From a virus: DNA of 64,000 nt. Of this stretch, positions 28,601 through 37,568 are shown one piece after another. The notes beneath the pieces were generated by a model. That model had not been told where the DNA came from. It saw nothing but the letters and a program-made list of their open reading frames with translations, and made no database searches. Every line of letters starts with the position of its first letter. The first letter of the stretch is position 1. The position numbers were made by a program, and so were the translations under genes. The stretch is from the IMG/VR virus record IMGVR_UViG_3300036770_002724, positions 75,037 to 139,036 of that record, one strand, 5' to 3'.

Positions 28601-30985
28601 GGGGCCAAGGTCATCGACCTTCTGACCGTGGGTGAATCCTACACTCAGCTTACCGCGACCCGAGCCAAGGAGAAGGATGCCCTTCAGACCCAACTCATCG
28701 AAGTCCGAAGCGAGATTCAGAGGAACGAGAACATCCTCCAGGATGCTCGACCCAATGTCCAGCCGGGGGAAAAAGAAATCGCTCGCGCTCTCTTGTACGG
28801 GGCTCCGGCAGGGTCCACTCCGACACCGCAAGCCCAGACCGACGCAGGTCAGCCGGGGTCGAACCCAAGTGGTCAGCAGGCTCAGAGCATCAAGGATCAA
28901 GAGGTCCGTACCGGGCTCTACGACCAGCGGAGCGACTTGGAAAAGCAACTCAGCGATCTCAATAACTCGACCACCAACGATAAGCTCAACGCCCAGATCA
29001 ACGGGCTACCTGAACTGATCCAGCTTATCGAGCGGACAGGGTCGAAGCTGCGGATCTCCGGGCGCCAAGAAGTTCCCGATCTGGAATCCACGGTCAACCT
29101 TCTCGACCTTCTCAGCGAAAAGAAGGCCGTCTTTTCCAACGGTCAACAGCCCGGTTACTACCGCTACTACTCGGCCTCGCACCCCAAAAAGGAGATGCAG
29201 GGTCAACCTCTCATCCGGCAAACCCGGGAGCCCAAGACCCCTGCTGGGGGCGAAAACGCCAAAGGGGCTCCTATTCTCGACCCTGTCTACCAGAACGCCA
29301 CCGTCTTGGGTTATCGCCCTGCGCCGACATCCATTTTCCCTGGTGGGGAGCGTCCTGAGTCGGAGCTTGCCGAGGACCAGCCCGTGACCTGGGGCATCCG
29401 CATCCAGACATCGGATGTGACCAAGTATCCCAAGGGCATAGTGACTCCAACCCACTTGATTCGTGAACTGTCGTTCGCGCGGCATGAATCAAAACTCCGC
29501 CGCCCTTTGTCCAACACGAACAGGACCGAGATCCCCTTGGTGTCCACCGGGGTCACGGAAGCCCTCAATGGGGTCTTCGAGCAGCAGAGCAACAACTTGC
29601 CCGACAAGGCAGCCTCTATCTCCAGTTTCTTCAAGGAAATCTGGACTGCCAACGCAACCTATCTGAAGGACGCTCGGGATGTCGCAGCGTTGGCCGTCCA
29701 AGGGCAAGAGACGGTCCCCGACATCACCCCGCCTGAATTTCCCCTGTCCGTCTTGCTCAATGGACTCGATGTCGAATCCATCGTGGCCTTGGAATCCTTC
29801 TTTGGCGCGATGGACTACTCCGGAACGTCTTCCTCTCTGGAGGACCTGACGGCTCCTGACCCCCAAGCCCAAGCAGTCCAAGCGATGACCTCCAACTCGC
29901 CGCAGACCTTCATGCAGATGGCTGGGGTGTCCTTGGGGCTTGCCCTCAGTGTGGACGTCCAGCAGGTTCGCGGGGATTGGATAAGCCGGATCGAGGTCAA
30001 AAACCCTGAGAACCGGGAGAAGATCATCGCGACCTTCGACTCGACCCTTTCCGCCAAGCTAGGGGTCAAGAGCGTCCCGAACGACAAGGTCAAGAAAAAG
30101 GAAGACTTCTCCCTAGAGACGGTATTTGAGAGTCCCGTGTTCCCGGTCTCGGATGAAAAGGGCTACCACGTCTATGGGACGTACCGCTACGGTCGCGGTA
30201 TCAGCGTCGAGCCTAATGGGGTCTTCGACGTCCTGCACAAGCAAGATCCTGTTTCGATGTTGTCCCGACCTCTCGTGGAGAACATCATACGGGTGCTGGT
30301 GGACGGACAGGCTGATGTCACCGTCTTCGTCGAGGAAGTCACCCCGAACGGGCAGATCAAGCGCGTGCCCAGGACACCACAAGGCGAGGGTGCAGCAAGA
30401 CTCCAGAGCGCCCTCTCCCTGCTTGAACAAGCGGCGCTCCAAGAGCTACGGAACAAGAACGTCACGGACAAAGACCTTCTGGACCTCGGACTGGCGACCC
30501 GGACGGACAACCCTTCGGTCATACAGCTTTCGCTCCAGAACTTCTACGCGAACAAGAAGGAATCCTTGATGAAGGTTCCTTTGCTGAACGCCGCGTACTC
30601 CTTGGCTGACCTTACTGAAGTCTCTTCGGGGTACGTCTGTTCCTGTAAGGCTGCCGAAGCTGGAGTTCTTCTGGAGGCTTTCGGCCAAGCGGGCTTCGTG
30701 AGCGTGGATCCCACAGCCGCTTCGTCCGAGGCCCTGGAGAGCCCCGACAAGTTGACTCAGTGGCTCGGACAGCGTGTAGCCGAAGCCGTTCCTCCGTGGG
30801 CGCTTCAGCAGCAGGCGCTTCGTGGGACGGTCCTCGACCGAAGAGGGACGAACATCATCGACACCTTCAATGATCTAAGGAACTTCTCCGCTAGTGATGC
30901 CATCACCCAAGCGGAACGATCCTTCAACACCTCTGTGGGCCGGTTCAACCAAGCGGTTGAAAACCTGGGTGACGAGGAGGCTTGA
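25613..30985 (+). CDS. Baseplate hub protein (1790 aa) with inserted domains including a cell-wall-hydrolase-like segment
   Basis: YHVFHGVVTQV...ITVQC; FEFYQDVDGDFVFKPPMYN; ASATIPLRPEMRPGYPVY are gp27/gpD-like; position. Confidence 0.7.
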   Translation: MTLANSPYVGTWKIDGKRLVQHTPDALVYLNGDTALPGCQKCHRRIDVQQFLTEVGVEAGTEPGGASANFSLTVPMHHTDSFARDAKFLLRPGLEVHIYYRGYFPTDGMFSALDKPTIQAEVQTGTTVVEEAQLTEEERKERELKLQQQREQEAKARQQQGRISAEYVNPPIFDPEKGLTRRDVNDWARRLNVTEDMLMAAIVVKSETERPDESITIAHTLFNRQATGQYRNPRNGDNSIWYIANKGNTYTAAQDVGSREYSTGRIPTGKDLDRRLALVEDTLRQRQRGETAEAVVNFVHSDTQEKEHAEWVAGGRKGTRYRSTAEVLKSWEKEGLSPVSLGYNPNRVIFLSSKYQRRRATPSAAAFFATQALGPYDPTAAPPLGTVAEPGKPYVLKQQVGDADPKQGPSLLDTLGLGDSGIDEVIAYPYYHVFHGVVTQVTFNYSGGFQNITVQCGSILHFWSYQQLSENASFLGARPTNSKLKMSLVGSNFSGKHPYQVLYELYSDVGGAAHGVGWALGSTTNQEALSFNGESLFSINLSYWEKRFKSRMNKLRLHGASGELFSAAQAAYLSRLSTTDLVNQIKNRHTLAQPASNDAKAFLNNSWALHVRTKAALDAFIQQQRSRPQGEAREESQIQELSEGELQGSSANPQVNIAEMQPFPLDLGKIGQFELFESTYVSKLDVAQKVMEVTGFEFYQDVDGDFVFKPPMYNLDTSSSRVYRIEDIDIISINFSEKEPEATYVTAKGSHFKNLQGTGLESEWGVRGQYIDYRLVAQFGWRPGSLDTTYFNDPKSLFFAAVNRLDIMNAGVNSASATIPLRPEMRPGYPVYIPYLDCYYYCPSFSHSFSVGGSCQTTLQLVAKRSKFFAPGVVTPGIEGIDAIDLSRPELPERPLQVMGQDGRPRLSGFPNVVMALDPYRLNPAFFLLGTDIDNLSDPETLQNLLDMAVEFGVIRFDDKTGFYTYEALDASSQPQNVYFSLQAPGNNPDPRLPREGAKVIDLLTVGESYTQLTATRAKEKDALQTQLIEVRSEIQRNENILQDARPNVQPGEKEIARALLYGAPAGSTPTPQAQTDAGQPGSNPSGQQAQSIKDQEVRTGLYDQRSDLEKQLSDLNNSTTNDKLNAQINGLPELIQLIERTGSKLRISGRQEVPDLESTVNLLDLLSEKKAVFSNGQQPGYYRYYSASHPKKEMQGQPLIRQTREPKTPAGGENAKGAPILDPVYQNATVLGYRPAPTSIFPGGERPESELAEDQPVTWGIRIQTSDVTKYPKGIVTPTHLIRELSFARHESKLRRPLSNTNRTEIPLVSTGVTEALNGVFEQQSNNLPDKAASISSFFKEIWTANATYLKDARDVAALAVQGQETVPDITPPEFPLSVLLNGLDVESIVALESFFGAMDYSGTSSSLEDLTAPDPQAQAVQAMTSNSPQTFMQMAGVSLGLALSVDVQQVRGDWISRIEVKNPENREKIIATFDSTLSAKLGVKSVPNDKVKKKEDFSLETVFESPVFPVSDEKGYHVYGTYRYGRGISVEPNGVFDVLHKQDPVSMLSRPLVENIIRVLVDGQADVTVFVEEVTPNGQIKRVPRTPQGEGAARLQSALSLLEQAALQELRNKNVTDKDLLDLGLATRTDNPSVIQLSLQNFYANKKESLMKVPLLNAAYSLADLTEVSSGYVCSCKAAEAGVLLEAFGQAGFVSVDPTAASSEALESPDKLTQWLGQRVAEAVPPWALQQQALRGTVLDRRGTNIIDTFNDLRNFSASDAITQAERSFNTSVGRFNQAVENLGDEEA

Positions 30986-33420
30986 TGAGCCGCACGCATT
31001 TGACTCGACGCCCTATCACCGTACTGGAATCCGTCCGTCGGGGCAGCCTCCTTGTCTCCTCGGAAAAAGCTCGCCGTGACAAGGAGCGGATGCGCCCTGA
31101 GTCGGGCAACGTCCTCGGTATCGGACGGGTCGTCAATCTCGACTACGAGGAGTTCTTCGTCACCCTGAAGATCGTCGGCGGGAATTCCGTGGACTCTGTC
31201 CGGGTGCCCGTTCCTATGACCTTCCCTGGTGCTGGGAACCGGCATTTCTTTGGGGCTCTCCCCCAGATCGGGGACTACTGCGTTGTCGGCTGGATGAACC
31301 AAGAAAGCAGTCAAAAGTCGGATCGGTCTCCCGTCATCTTGGCCTGGCTACTCCCCGGCATCTTCCCGGGCCGTGACTGGGTCACGACGGCGGAGTTTGA
31401 GAAGGACGAGTTCGACATCGAGTCCCCCAAAGACAAGGCTCTCTTTGACGGGATCTTCAATCCGATTCGACACAAGCTACGGCACATCCAGCCGGGAAAC
31501 ATCGTCGGCTCCTCGGCCCAAGGCTCTGACCTCGTGCTCGACGAAGGCGTGATCTTGGCGAACCGGCGAGGTAACGAGTTCCGTCTACGGGACCAAGATC
31601 AAGCGGCGGTCACTCGCGCCCTTCAGCGATTCGACGCCTTGGCGGGTGTTCGGGCCTATCAGGGCATGGTCCAGCGGGACGCGACGCTGCTCGCCCCGTA
31701 CATGGTGTCCGACAGCTACCAGTGGGATGCTAAAGAACAGATGATCGGGGATGACCCGGTTCGCCAATCTCAGCTTCCCCTCGACGCTCGCGCACCCAAA
31801 GGCTTCCTGACACCTGCGGGAGTCCTCCGCAAATCCCCCCAACTTGGGACAGCGGATCAACCTTCCGCGACCTTGAGTCGTCCTCGTCTGCCCTTGGACC
31901 GTGACCTCGACCCCTATGAGTTTCTTCAGCGCGGCGGCTTCATTGACTCGACAGGTTTCGTTGTAGATGACAAGCACCTCCCAACGGCTCTGTATGGTGG
32001 CAAGCCCATCCTGCGGGTCGCCGCACAGACCCGCGCCAATCCGGTCTTGGACCCAGATGCTCCGACCCTGACCGAATACCGGGTCGAAGTCACGCACACG
32101 TCGGATGGCCGTCTCCCGGTTACTGAGCAGACCGACCTCTTTGACGCGGAACGTCTGCCGGGGGTCAATCCTTCGAGCATCCAGGGATTGCCGCCCAACA
32201 TGCCCTTCATCGAATGGGTCATGGGCAGCGTGGTCGGCAACGATCCGTTCAGTCAGACAGGTCGAGCCAAGTACGGCTTGCCCCTGAAGGCCATCATCTT
32301 CGAGGGGGACCGTCCGGTCCCTAGACTCGAAGCCATTCCCCTCCCTCGGAACGCAAACAACCAGACGAAGCCTGTATCCCTGGGGGACCATGCCGCTACC
32401 CTGTTTCGCCTCTCTCCCATAGCGGGAGGGGCGGACACCTTCTGGTCCGTCAACAAGAAAGGTCAAATGCGGGCTTCTCTCGGAGGCCCTGCTGCGGAAA
32501 ACTCCCTTGAGGCTTATCTCCAAGGAGGGCTCAAGCTGGGGGTCGCTGGAAAGTTCGACATCCTGCTGAACGGCCACATTGGCTTTCGGACGCTCGGGAA
32601 GTCGAGCATGAACTTCACGGCAGATGACGGGTCCGTCGTCATCTACGGTGGAGGTCCGGTCAAAGACGCCTCCGCGATGGGCGAACGTCTCTTCGGCTCG
32701 GGCGGTGGCGAAGGCGCCCTCCCTGCGGTGAAGATCGAAGCCCGGACGAACACGCTGATCACGTCGGGAAAGACCACGACCGTCCAAGGGAACATCGTAG
32801 ACGTCCAGGGGCCTTCGGTTCGTTTGCGGGCGAATCAGGACATGGCCCTTGAAGCCGTGGACCGCATCGGCATGAGCACAGAGACGCTCAGTGTCGCGGT
32901 CAACGGGAAGGCGTCGGAGACGTTCAGCGGCCCGAAGAACCTGCTACCGACGAACGGAGCCCTCCACGAACGGACCTACGTCCACTTGCTCGCTGGGACG
33001 TGCGAGAGCGTGACCTATGCTCTCGGAAGCCGGGAGGAGACCTTCGTCCTCGGAAATCACGATACGACGATTCTCGTGGGGAACCTGTCGTACACGACTT
33101 TGGCCGGGACGTACACGGCGAGAGCGGTCACGTCGAGCATGGAGCTAGGCCCGACCGGAGTAGCCGGAACGGCGCTCGCGGGCAACGTGACGCTCCAGGC
33201 AGTCGCAGGAGCGGCGGTGATGACGGGGCTGACCTCGGCTAGCCTCGTGGCGACCGCCGGTCCTGCGGTCGTCCGGGGTTCTACTAGTGTCTATCTAGGG
33301 GCGCCCGTCGTCGGGACGGAGTTCGGCGGCATCCTGTCCTCGGGGACTCGCGAGCCCTTCACGAACTTGCCCTTCGCGACCTGGGGCCTCGGGAGCCCGA
33401 CGCATATCCTCGGCGTGTGA
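30982..33420 (+). CDS. Baseplate central spike (gp5/gpV/VgrG-like)
   Basis: N-terminal OB-fold with GALPQIGDYCVVGW; beta-helix-like repetitive C-terminus. Confidence 0.75.
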   Translation: MMSRTHLTRRPITVLESVRRGSLLVSSEKARRDKERMRPESGNVLGIGRVVNLDYEEFFVTLKIVGGNSVDSVRVPVPMTFPGAGNRHFFGALPQIGDYCVVGWMNQESSQKSDRSPVILAWLLPGIFPGRDWVTTAEFEKDEFDIESPKDKALFDGIFNPIRHKLRHIQPGNIVGSSAQGSDLVLDEGVILANRRGNEFRLRDQDQAAVTRALQRFDALAGVRAYQGMVQRDATLLAPYMVSDSYQWDAKEQMIGDDPVRQSQLPLDARAPKGFLTPAGVLRKSPQLGTADQPSATLSRPRLPLDRDLDPYEFLQRGGFIDSTGFVVDDKHLPTALYGGKPILRVAAQTRANPVLDPDAPTLTEYRVEVTHTSDGRLPVTEQTDLFDAERLPGVNPSSIQGLPPNMPFIEWVMGSVVGNDPFSQTGRAKYGLPLKAIIFEGDRPVPRLEAIPLPRNANNQTKPVSLGDHAATLFRLSPIAGGADTFWSVNKKGQMRASLGGPAAENSLEAYLQGGLKLGVAGKFDILLNGHIGFRTLGKSSMNFTADDGSVVIYGGGPVKDASAMGERLFGSGGGEGALPAVKIEARTNTLITSGKTTTVQGNIVDVQGPSVRLRANQDMALEAVDRIGMSTETLSVAVNGKASETFSGPKNLLPTNGALHERTYVHLLAGTCESVTYALGSREETFVLGNHDTTILVGNLSYTTLAGTYTARAVTSSMELGPTGVAGTALAGNVTLQAVAGAAVMTGLTSASLVATAGPAVVRGSTSVYLGAPVVGTEFGGILSSGTREPFTNLPFATWGLGSPTHILGV

Positions 33421-33631
33421 CCTGGGGCTCGGGGAACAACCTTCGGTACATGAACCGGGTCGGTAGATAGGCCAGCCCTAGCGCCAGCGGGACCGGGATC
33501 AACAAGGCCATTGGAGGCATCCAGTCGGAGGCTGCGATACCTTGGAGCGAAAGGCCCAAGGTCGCTCCGAAGACCGCTCCGAAGGTCACGATGACGGTCA
33601 AGAACCGAGTCCAGAAATCCAGTGTCCACAT
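33359..33631 (-). CDS. Small two-TM membrane protein (putative immunity protein)
   Basis: Two hydrophobic helices; ATG one base after upstream TGA with GGAGG. Confidence 0.6.
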   Translation of the reverse strand: MWTLDFWTRFLTVIVTFGAVFGATLGLSLQGIAASDWMPPMALLIPVPLALGLAYLPTRFMYRRLFPEPQVTRRGYASGSRGPRSRRASS

Positions 33632-33632
33632 A

Positions 33633-34676
33633 TCAGACCCTCCTCTGCGCCAGGAACGACGCGACGGGCTTCGGCCCCCTCGGGCCTCGAACCGTCTTGT
33701 CCTCTGGGTTCTCTGAGTCCGGGTTCACCGGGCGACTCACCGTATCGAGGGGCTTCCGGACCCCCACTTTCAATCGCGCCCCCTTGTCGATCTTGGTCGT
33801 CTCGGTCGGCGTCGTCACCCCTTCGGTCTTTCGACGCGCGATGGCGTCCTGATTCACGGCTCCCACGTCCGCCTCTTCGACCCCCGGACGAGTTGCGAGT
33901 TCACGACGGCTGACCCAGCCCGTGCGCTCGTGTCGCGAGGGCGGGACGATGAGGACGCCGTCGGGAGCGGACTCCTGACCGGGCACCATGCTCGACTTAG
34001 CTTTCTGCTCGGCAGGCTTCGTCTCAGACGGCTTTTCCGTAGGCTTTTCGGACCCTTCCGTACCCTCCGCCGCTTTCGGCGGAGGGTCTTTGGCGGCGGG
34101 CTTCGGTGCGTCCGGGTTCATCTTCTCGTAGACGGTGTCGGCCATCGTCTCTCCCGCGAGAGCCGTGTACGTCTCGTCGATCAGGTTCCCGACCGTAGCG
34201 CCCGCCAACCCGGCTGCGCCTACGGCACCAGCGGCGCCGACGATCTCCGCTACGGTTCCGGCTCCGGCGATCAGTCCGACCCCTTCCTTGAGGATCGATG
34301 AGACGCTGACCGCTTCCTTGATCGCGTTGAAGGCTGCGGCACCTGCTGCGATAGCGGCGTCTCCGACCTTCGAGCCCAGTTGGTCCCCCATAGAGGGTCG
34401 ATCACGTCCCGACATAGAGCCCGGCATCGGAACGTCGGATCCGAAGAAGTCTGCCTTACCGCCCGTCTGGCTCGCGAGCTTCTCGTTGGGGAGCAGATCG
34501 CCCTCCCGGTCCACGGGCTTCTTTCCCAGATCGAGTTCCGTCAGTCGGGTCGCCGCCCGATCCAGTCCGTGGCGCTCGAAACGGTCTACGGGCTTTTGGG
34601 CTACAGGCTTCTCGGCCAGGGTCAGGAGATTGGTTGAAAGGGTCGTCTGTCGAACGTCGTTTTTCGTGATTTTCAT
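33633..34676 (-). CDS. Glycine-zipper protein with disordered flanks (putative membrane-active toxin/effector)
   Basis: GVGLIAGAGTVAEIVGAAGAVGAAGLAGATVG; start MKITK with GAGGTG. Confidence 0.55.
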   Translation of the reverse strand: MKITKNDVRQTTLSTNLLTLAEKPVAQKPVDRFERHGLDRAATRLTELDLGKKPVDREGDLLPNEKLASQTGGKADFFGSDVPMPGSMSGRDRPSMGDQLGSKVGDAAIAAGAAAFNAIKEAVSVSSILKEGVGLIAGAGTVAEIVGAAGAVGAAGLAGATVGNLIDETYTALAGETMADTVYEKMNPDAPKPAAKDPPPKAAEGTEGSEKPTEKPSETKPAEQKAKSSMVPGQESAPDGVLIVPPSRHERTGWVSRRELATRPGVEEADVGAVNQDAIARRKTEGVTTPTETTKIDKGARLKVGVRKPLDTVSRPVNPDSENPEDKTVRGPRGPKPVASFLAQRRV

Positions 34677-34686
34677 GTGTCTCACC

Positions 34687-35148
34687 TCACCGGAGGTACA
34701 GGGTCAAAGCTAGGCTCGCCAGGATCATCGTGACCCCACAGAACACTCCACAGGCGAACGCCAAGGGGGGCCAGGAGGGCAGGTAGGAGCCCGTCGGGAT
34801 GATCTCCCGACGGCTTCTCTTCATGTTGACGGGAGCTTCGGCCCCCGGAGGAAGACGAGGTGCAACCAGAAGTGGAGGTGGCACCTCTTTGACCACACGG
34901 CTCGTTTTCCTTGGAGCAGGCGCAGGGACCAAAGTCGGAGTTGGCAGAGGCAGGTTCCTAGCGTACTCGGGAACCTCCATGTCTTTGAGCGTCGGCCCTG
35001 ATGACCTCCAAGAGAAGTCGGCTGGAGGGGGCGGAAGCTCCGCGAAAAGGTCCAAGAGCATGGGGACCGTATGGACAATCTCAGGTCTCTCCCTTGAGAT
35101 GTCCCTCGGGTGTACGAGATGTCCAGGTGATGTTTTTGCTCGGTTCAA
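34687..35148 (-). CDS. Pro-rich protein with C-terminal TM anchor
   Basis: PPLAFACGVFCGVTMILASLALTLYL terminus. Confidence 0.55.
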   Translation of the reverse strand: MNRAKTSPGHLVHPRDISRERPEIVHTVPMLLDLFAELPPPPADFSWRSSGPTLKDMEVPEYARNLPLPTPTLVPAPAPRKTSRVVKEVPPPLLVAPRLPPGAEAPVNMKRSRREIIPTGSYLPSWPPLAFACGVFCGVTMILASLALTLYLR

Positions 35149-35326
35149 GGTCGCCTTTCCCTGACCCTCGTTTCGGGGGGTCCGTCTGACCCTTGCTACT
35201 CGGTTCCGACGGGAACCGACGAGGGCCGCACCGCTTTTAGCGAGCGGGACGCCGACGGAAAGGATTGGGTTTTTCGGGCTGCGAGGCGTAACGCGAACGT
35301 ACAGGGGTGTACGTCCAAGGCTGGAG

Positions 35327-35998
35327 TTACGCTTTCAGGGCATCCAGAAAGCGTCCCAAGGCTCGCTTACCCGTAGGGGTCGAGAGCCACCGTTCGGCGT
35401 AGGGCTTGTCCGGGTCGGGGTGCTCGAAGTCGAGGTCTTGACTCCGCTGCCACACGAGCGAGGTCGTCTCGAACCCGTAGAACCGGAAGACTTCTTCAAG
35501 GTGTTGGGCGACACCCTGCGCGTTCCAATGGAGTCCGCCGACCACGACTCCGAGACGCTTTCCTCGGAGCGGGTTCGGCTCCCCGTAAGAAACGTGCCGG
35601 TTCTCCAGGGTGTTCATCCGCTCGATGATCGACTGAGCGAGGGCGTTGTGGCTTCCCCATCGAACGGACACCCCGAAGAGGACCGCGTCGGCCCAGGCGA
35701 GTCCGTCGTAGATGACGGGCATCTCATCTTTCCCCCCGTACTTCTCGGGATCCTGTACGGACAGGTGATGCGCCCAGCATCGGTAGGGACCAGCCTTGGG
35801 GTCAGCGCAGTTCTTTTTACCTCCCGCGTAGCAAGAGAGGTTGGGGACGATGTGGAGGTCCGCCGCATGGACGGTCTTCACCTCCACGTCGAGGTCGGGC
35901 TGCGTCTGTAGGGCGACGAGGGCAGCGTCGATCAGGGCGACCGACGTGGACTTCTTGGGGTCGTGGGTCGTCGTCGAGAGGGCAAGGACGCGCATCAA
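35327..35998 (-). CDS. Flavodoxin-family / NAD(P)H-dependent FMN reductase, iron-sulfur-flavoprotein-like
   Basis: RVLALSTTTH...STS, DEM..IY..L..ADAVLFG.SVRWG.HNA...IERMN; three Cys in the Isf-type loop. Confidence 0.8.
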   Translation of the reverse strand: MMRVLALSTTTHDPKKSTSVALIDAALVALQTQPDLDVEVKTVHAADLHIVPNLSCYAGGKKNCADPKAGPYRCWAHHLSVQDPEKYGGKDEMPVIYDGLAWADAVLFGVSVRWGSHNALAQSIIERMNTLENRHVSYGEPNPLRGKRLGVVVGGLHWNAQGVAQHLEEVFRFYGFETTSLVWQRSQDLDFEHPDPDKPYAERWLSTPTGKRALGRFLDALKA

Positions 35999-36019
35999 AG
36001 ACCGGAAACTATCGGGCCT

Positions 36020-36244
36020 TTAGGGTCCAGTCCACGAGTCCTTCTGATTTCTTTCGATGATCCGGGCTCGTTGTCGGAGCGAAGGAATGACGTGGACTCG
36101 AATGTGCTCGATCTCCTCGGGTGGCCCATCCTTTTCGGTCAAGGCTTCAAGGAGGTCCGCTGCGAGATCCCAAGCTCTAGCCTTCATCGACTTCATCAGG
36201 GAGGTCATACGCTTTCGGCAGGGGCTTCCCGATGTGTTCGGCAT
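36020..36244 (-). CDS. Small hypothetical protein
   Basis: ORF in co-directional cluster. Confidence 0.45.
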   Translation of the reverse strand: MPNTSGSPCRKRMTSLMKSMKARAWDLAADLLEALTEKDGPPEEIEHIRVHVIPSLRQRARIIERNQKDSWTGP

Positions 36245-36695
36245 GATTCCGACCTCGGTAGACGACTCGACGGATTTGCGCCTCAGTCATTCCGAGCGTT
36301 GCGGCGAGCATCGCCCATCGCTTCGTCCCGTGACCTTCGTTACGCAACCGTAGCTCTTCCTGAGCTACGCGGAGGGCTTCGGCCTTGGGAGTCAGCCCTT
36401 TTCGCTCGTGGTCGGTGACGGGGGCGAGCCATCGTCGGATGCTCTGCGCTCCGACTCCTAGACGGCGAGCGATTTCCTTCTGGTTTAGCCCTTCGAGGGC
36501 GAGGTCCAGGGCAGCGATCTCCAGGGCCTCTCGCTTGTACGCCTGACTTCGGATCATGGCGGGGTCGCGAAGAACAAGGTGGTGGTAGACGGTTCGGGCA
36601 GACCGACCTTCGCGCTTCGCGATGCTCGCGGTCGATTCCCCTCCCTGGTAGGCTTCAGCCCACCGGGAGACATCCTCTTCGGTCACGGCTCTCAT
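36177..36695 (-). CDS. Multi-HTH DNA-binding protein (three HTH repeats)
   Basis: STASIAKREGRSARTVY; NQKEIARRLGVGAQSIRRWL; LAATLGMTEAQIRRVV. Confidence 0.75.
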   Translation of the reverse strand: MRAVTEEDVSRWAEAYQGGESTASIAKREGRSARTVYHHLVLRDPAMIRSQAYKREALEIAALDLALEGLNQKEIARRLGVGAQSIRRWLAPVTDHERKGLTPKAEALRVAQEELRLRNEGHGTKRWAMLAATLGMTEAQIRRVVYRGRNHAEHIGKPLPKAYDLPDEVDEG

Positions 36696-37120
36696 TCGGG
36701 CTCGTCCAGGTACACGGGATTTGCGCCTTCGGGAAGCGGCTCGACCTTGATCATGGATCGGCCAACATAGCCCGTCACCGAATCCCTGTACTCGCATCCG
36801 GTACAGCGCACCGCTCCCGACCAAGGGGAGGAGAGCATGAGCCCCTTGGTCCGCTCCAGCCTTGCGTTGCACCGGGGGCAGTCGAAGCCTTCGGGCGCCG
36901 GTTCCCAGGAGATAGAGAAGAGGTTAGTTATCTGGAGCGGGATCGGGTTCTTCAGAGCTTCGAGAAGCAGCCGCGCTTGTTCGGTGGTGTCCGGCAACCG
37001 CTTCTTCAGGCACCACTTGCACGTCACGTCCGTCCAGTCGGCGGACTGTTGAGCGACGGCTTTAGGGGTGCGACCGCAGATCGGTTCGGCGTCCGGCTTT
37101 TCGCGGTAGTGGGTTTTCAT
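36692..37120 (-). CDS. Zinc-binding protein
   Basis: HY...ICG...VTCKWC plus CPRC...CTGC. Confidence 0.7.
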   Translation of the reverse strand: MKTHYREKPDAEPICGRTPKAVAQQSADWTDVTCKWCLKKRLPDTTEQARLLLEALKNPIPLQITNLFSISWEPAPEGFDCPRCNARLERTKGLMLSSPWSGAVRCTGCEYRDSVTGYVGRSMIKVEPLPEGANPVYLDEPE

Positions 37121-37135
37121 GTCCTGCCTTTCGGG

Positions 37136-37306
37136 TCAAAGACCGATCTCAACGAAGCCTTCGGGGAGAGATTCTTCCGACACCCCGCTGAACGAGCACC
37201 TAGTACATCCTATGGCGACCCCTTCATCCGGGGGCGTAAGCGGGGTGGATTGAACATCGGACCCGCACTCCGGACAAGTCTTTGGGATGACGGGAGCGTC
37301 GCTCAT
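37136..37306 (-). CDS. 56-aa zinc-ribbon mini-protein (absent from ORF track)
   Basis: MSDAPVIPKTCPECGS...AIGCTRCSFSG...; translated by hand. Confidence 0.7.
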   Translation of the reverse strand: MSDAPVIPKTCPECGSDVQSTPLTPPDEGVAIGCTRCSFSGVSEESLPEGFVEIGL

Positions 37307-37334
37307 CTTCTCTCTTACTCAAAAATCGTCTGTC

Positions 37335-37568
37335 TTACCGCTCGCCCGGCGGATAACATCGAGTGCAGCCGACGCCAGTCCCATCGACGGGGAACGGGCG
37401 AACCGGGGCTCCGCAGAGGTCGCACATCGCGCTAGGAAGCTCAAAGACCTCGGTCGGAGGTCCGACCTCAGTACAGGGGTTTCGTTCCCGCTCGGGGAAC
37501 GGGATCAGGTGTCGGTCCCCGACGAGGGTTCCGAAGGGAGGGGCGGAAGGGAAGTTTCGGTTCGTCAT
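37335..37568 (-). CDS. Zinc-ribbon mini-protein
   Basis: CDLC...GVGCTRC. Confidence 0.55.
   Translation of the reverse strand: MTNRNFPSAPPFGTLVGDRHLIPFPERERNPCTEVGPPTEVFELPSAMCDLCGAPVRPFPVDGTGVGCTRCYPPGER

Noticed and set aside
14067-32787. Long antisense ORFs (14067-15575, 21600-22667, 25943-26917, 31585-32787)
   Set aside because: Shadow frames of strongly GC3-biased genes; Arg-rich, motif-free translations
4568-33420. Extracellular contractile injection system (eCIS/tailocin) rather than a phage
   Set aside because: Neck-type genes, a long tape measure, ligase, dTMP kinase, lysins and phage-style small-gene islands surround it; no Afp15-like AAA ATPase or compact wedge set
35161-35326. 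tRNA or other ncRNA in this intergenic gap
   Set aside because: Only two short hairpins; no cloverleaf, T-loop consensus or consistent strand bias
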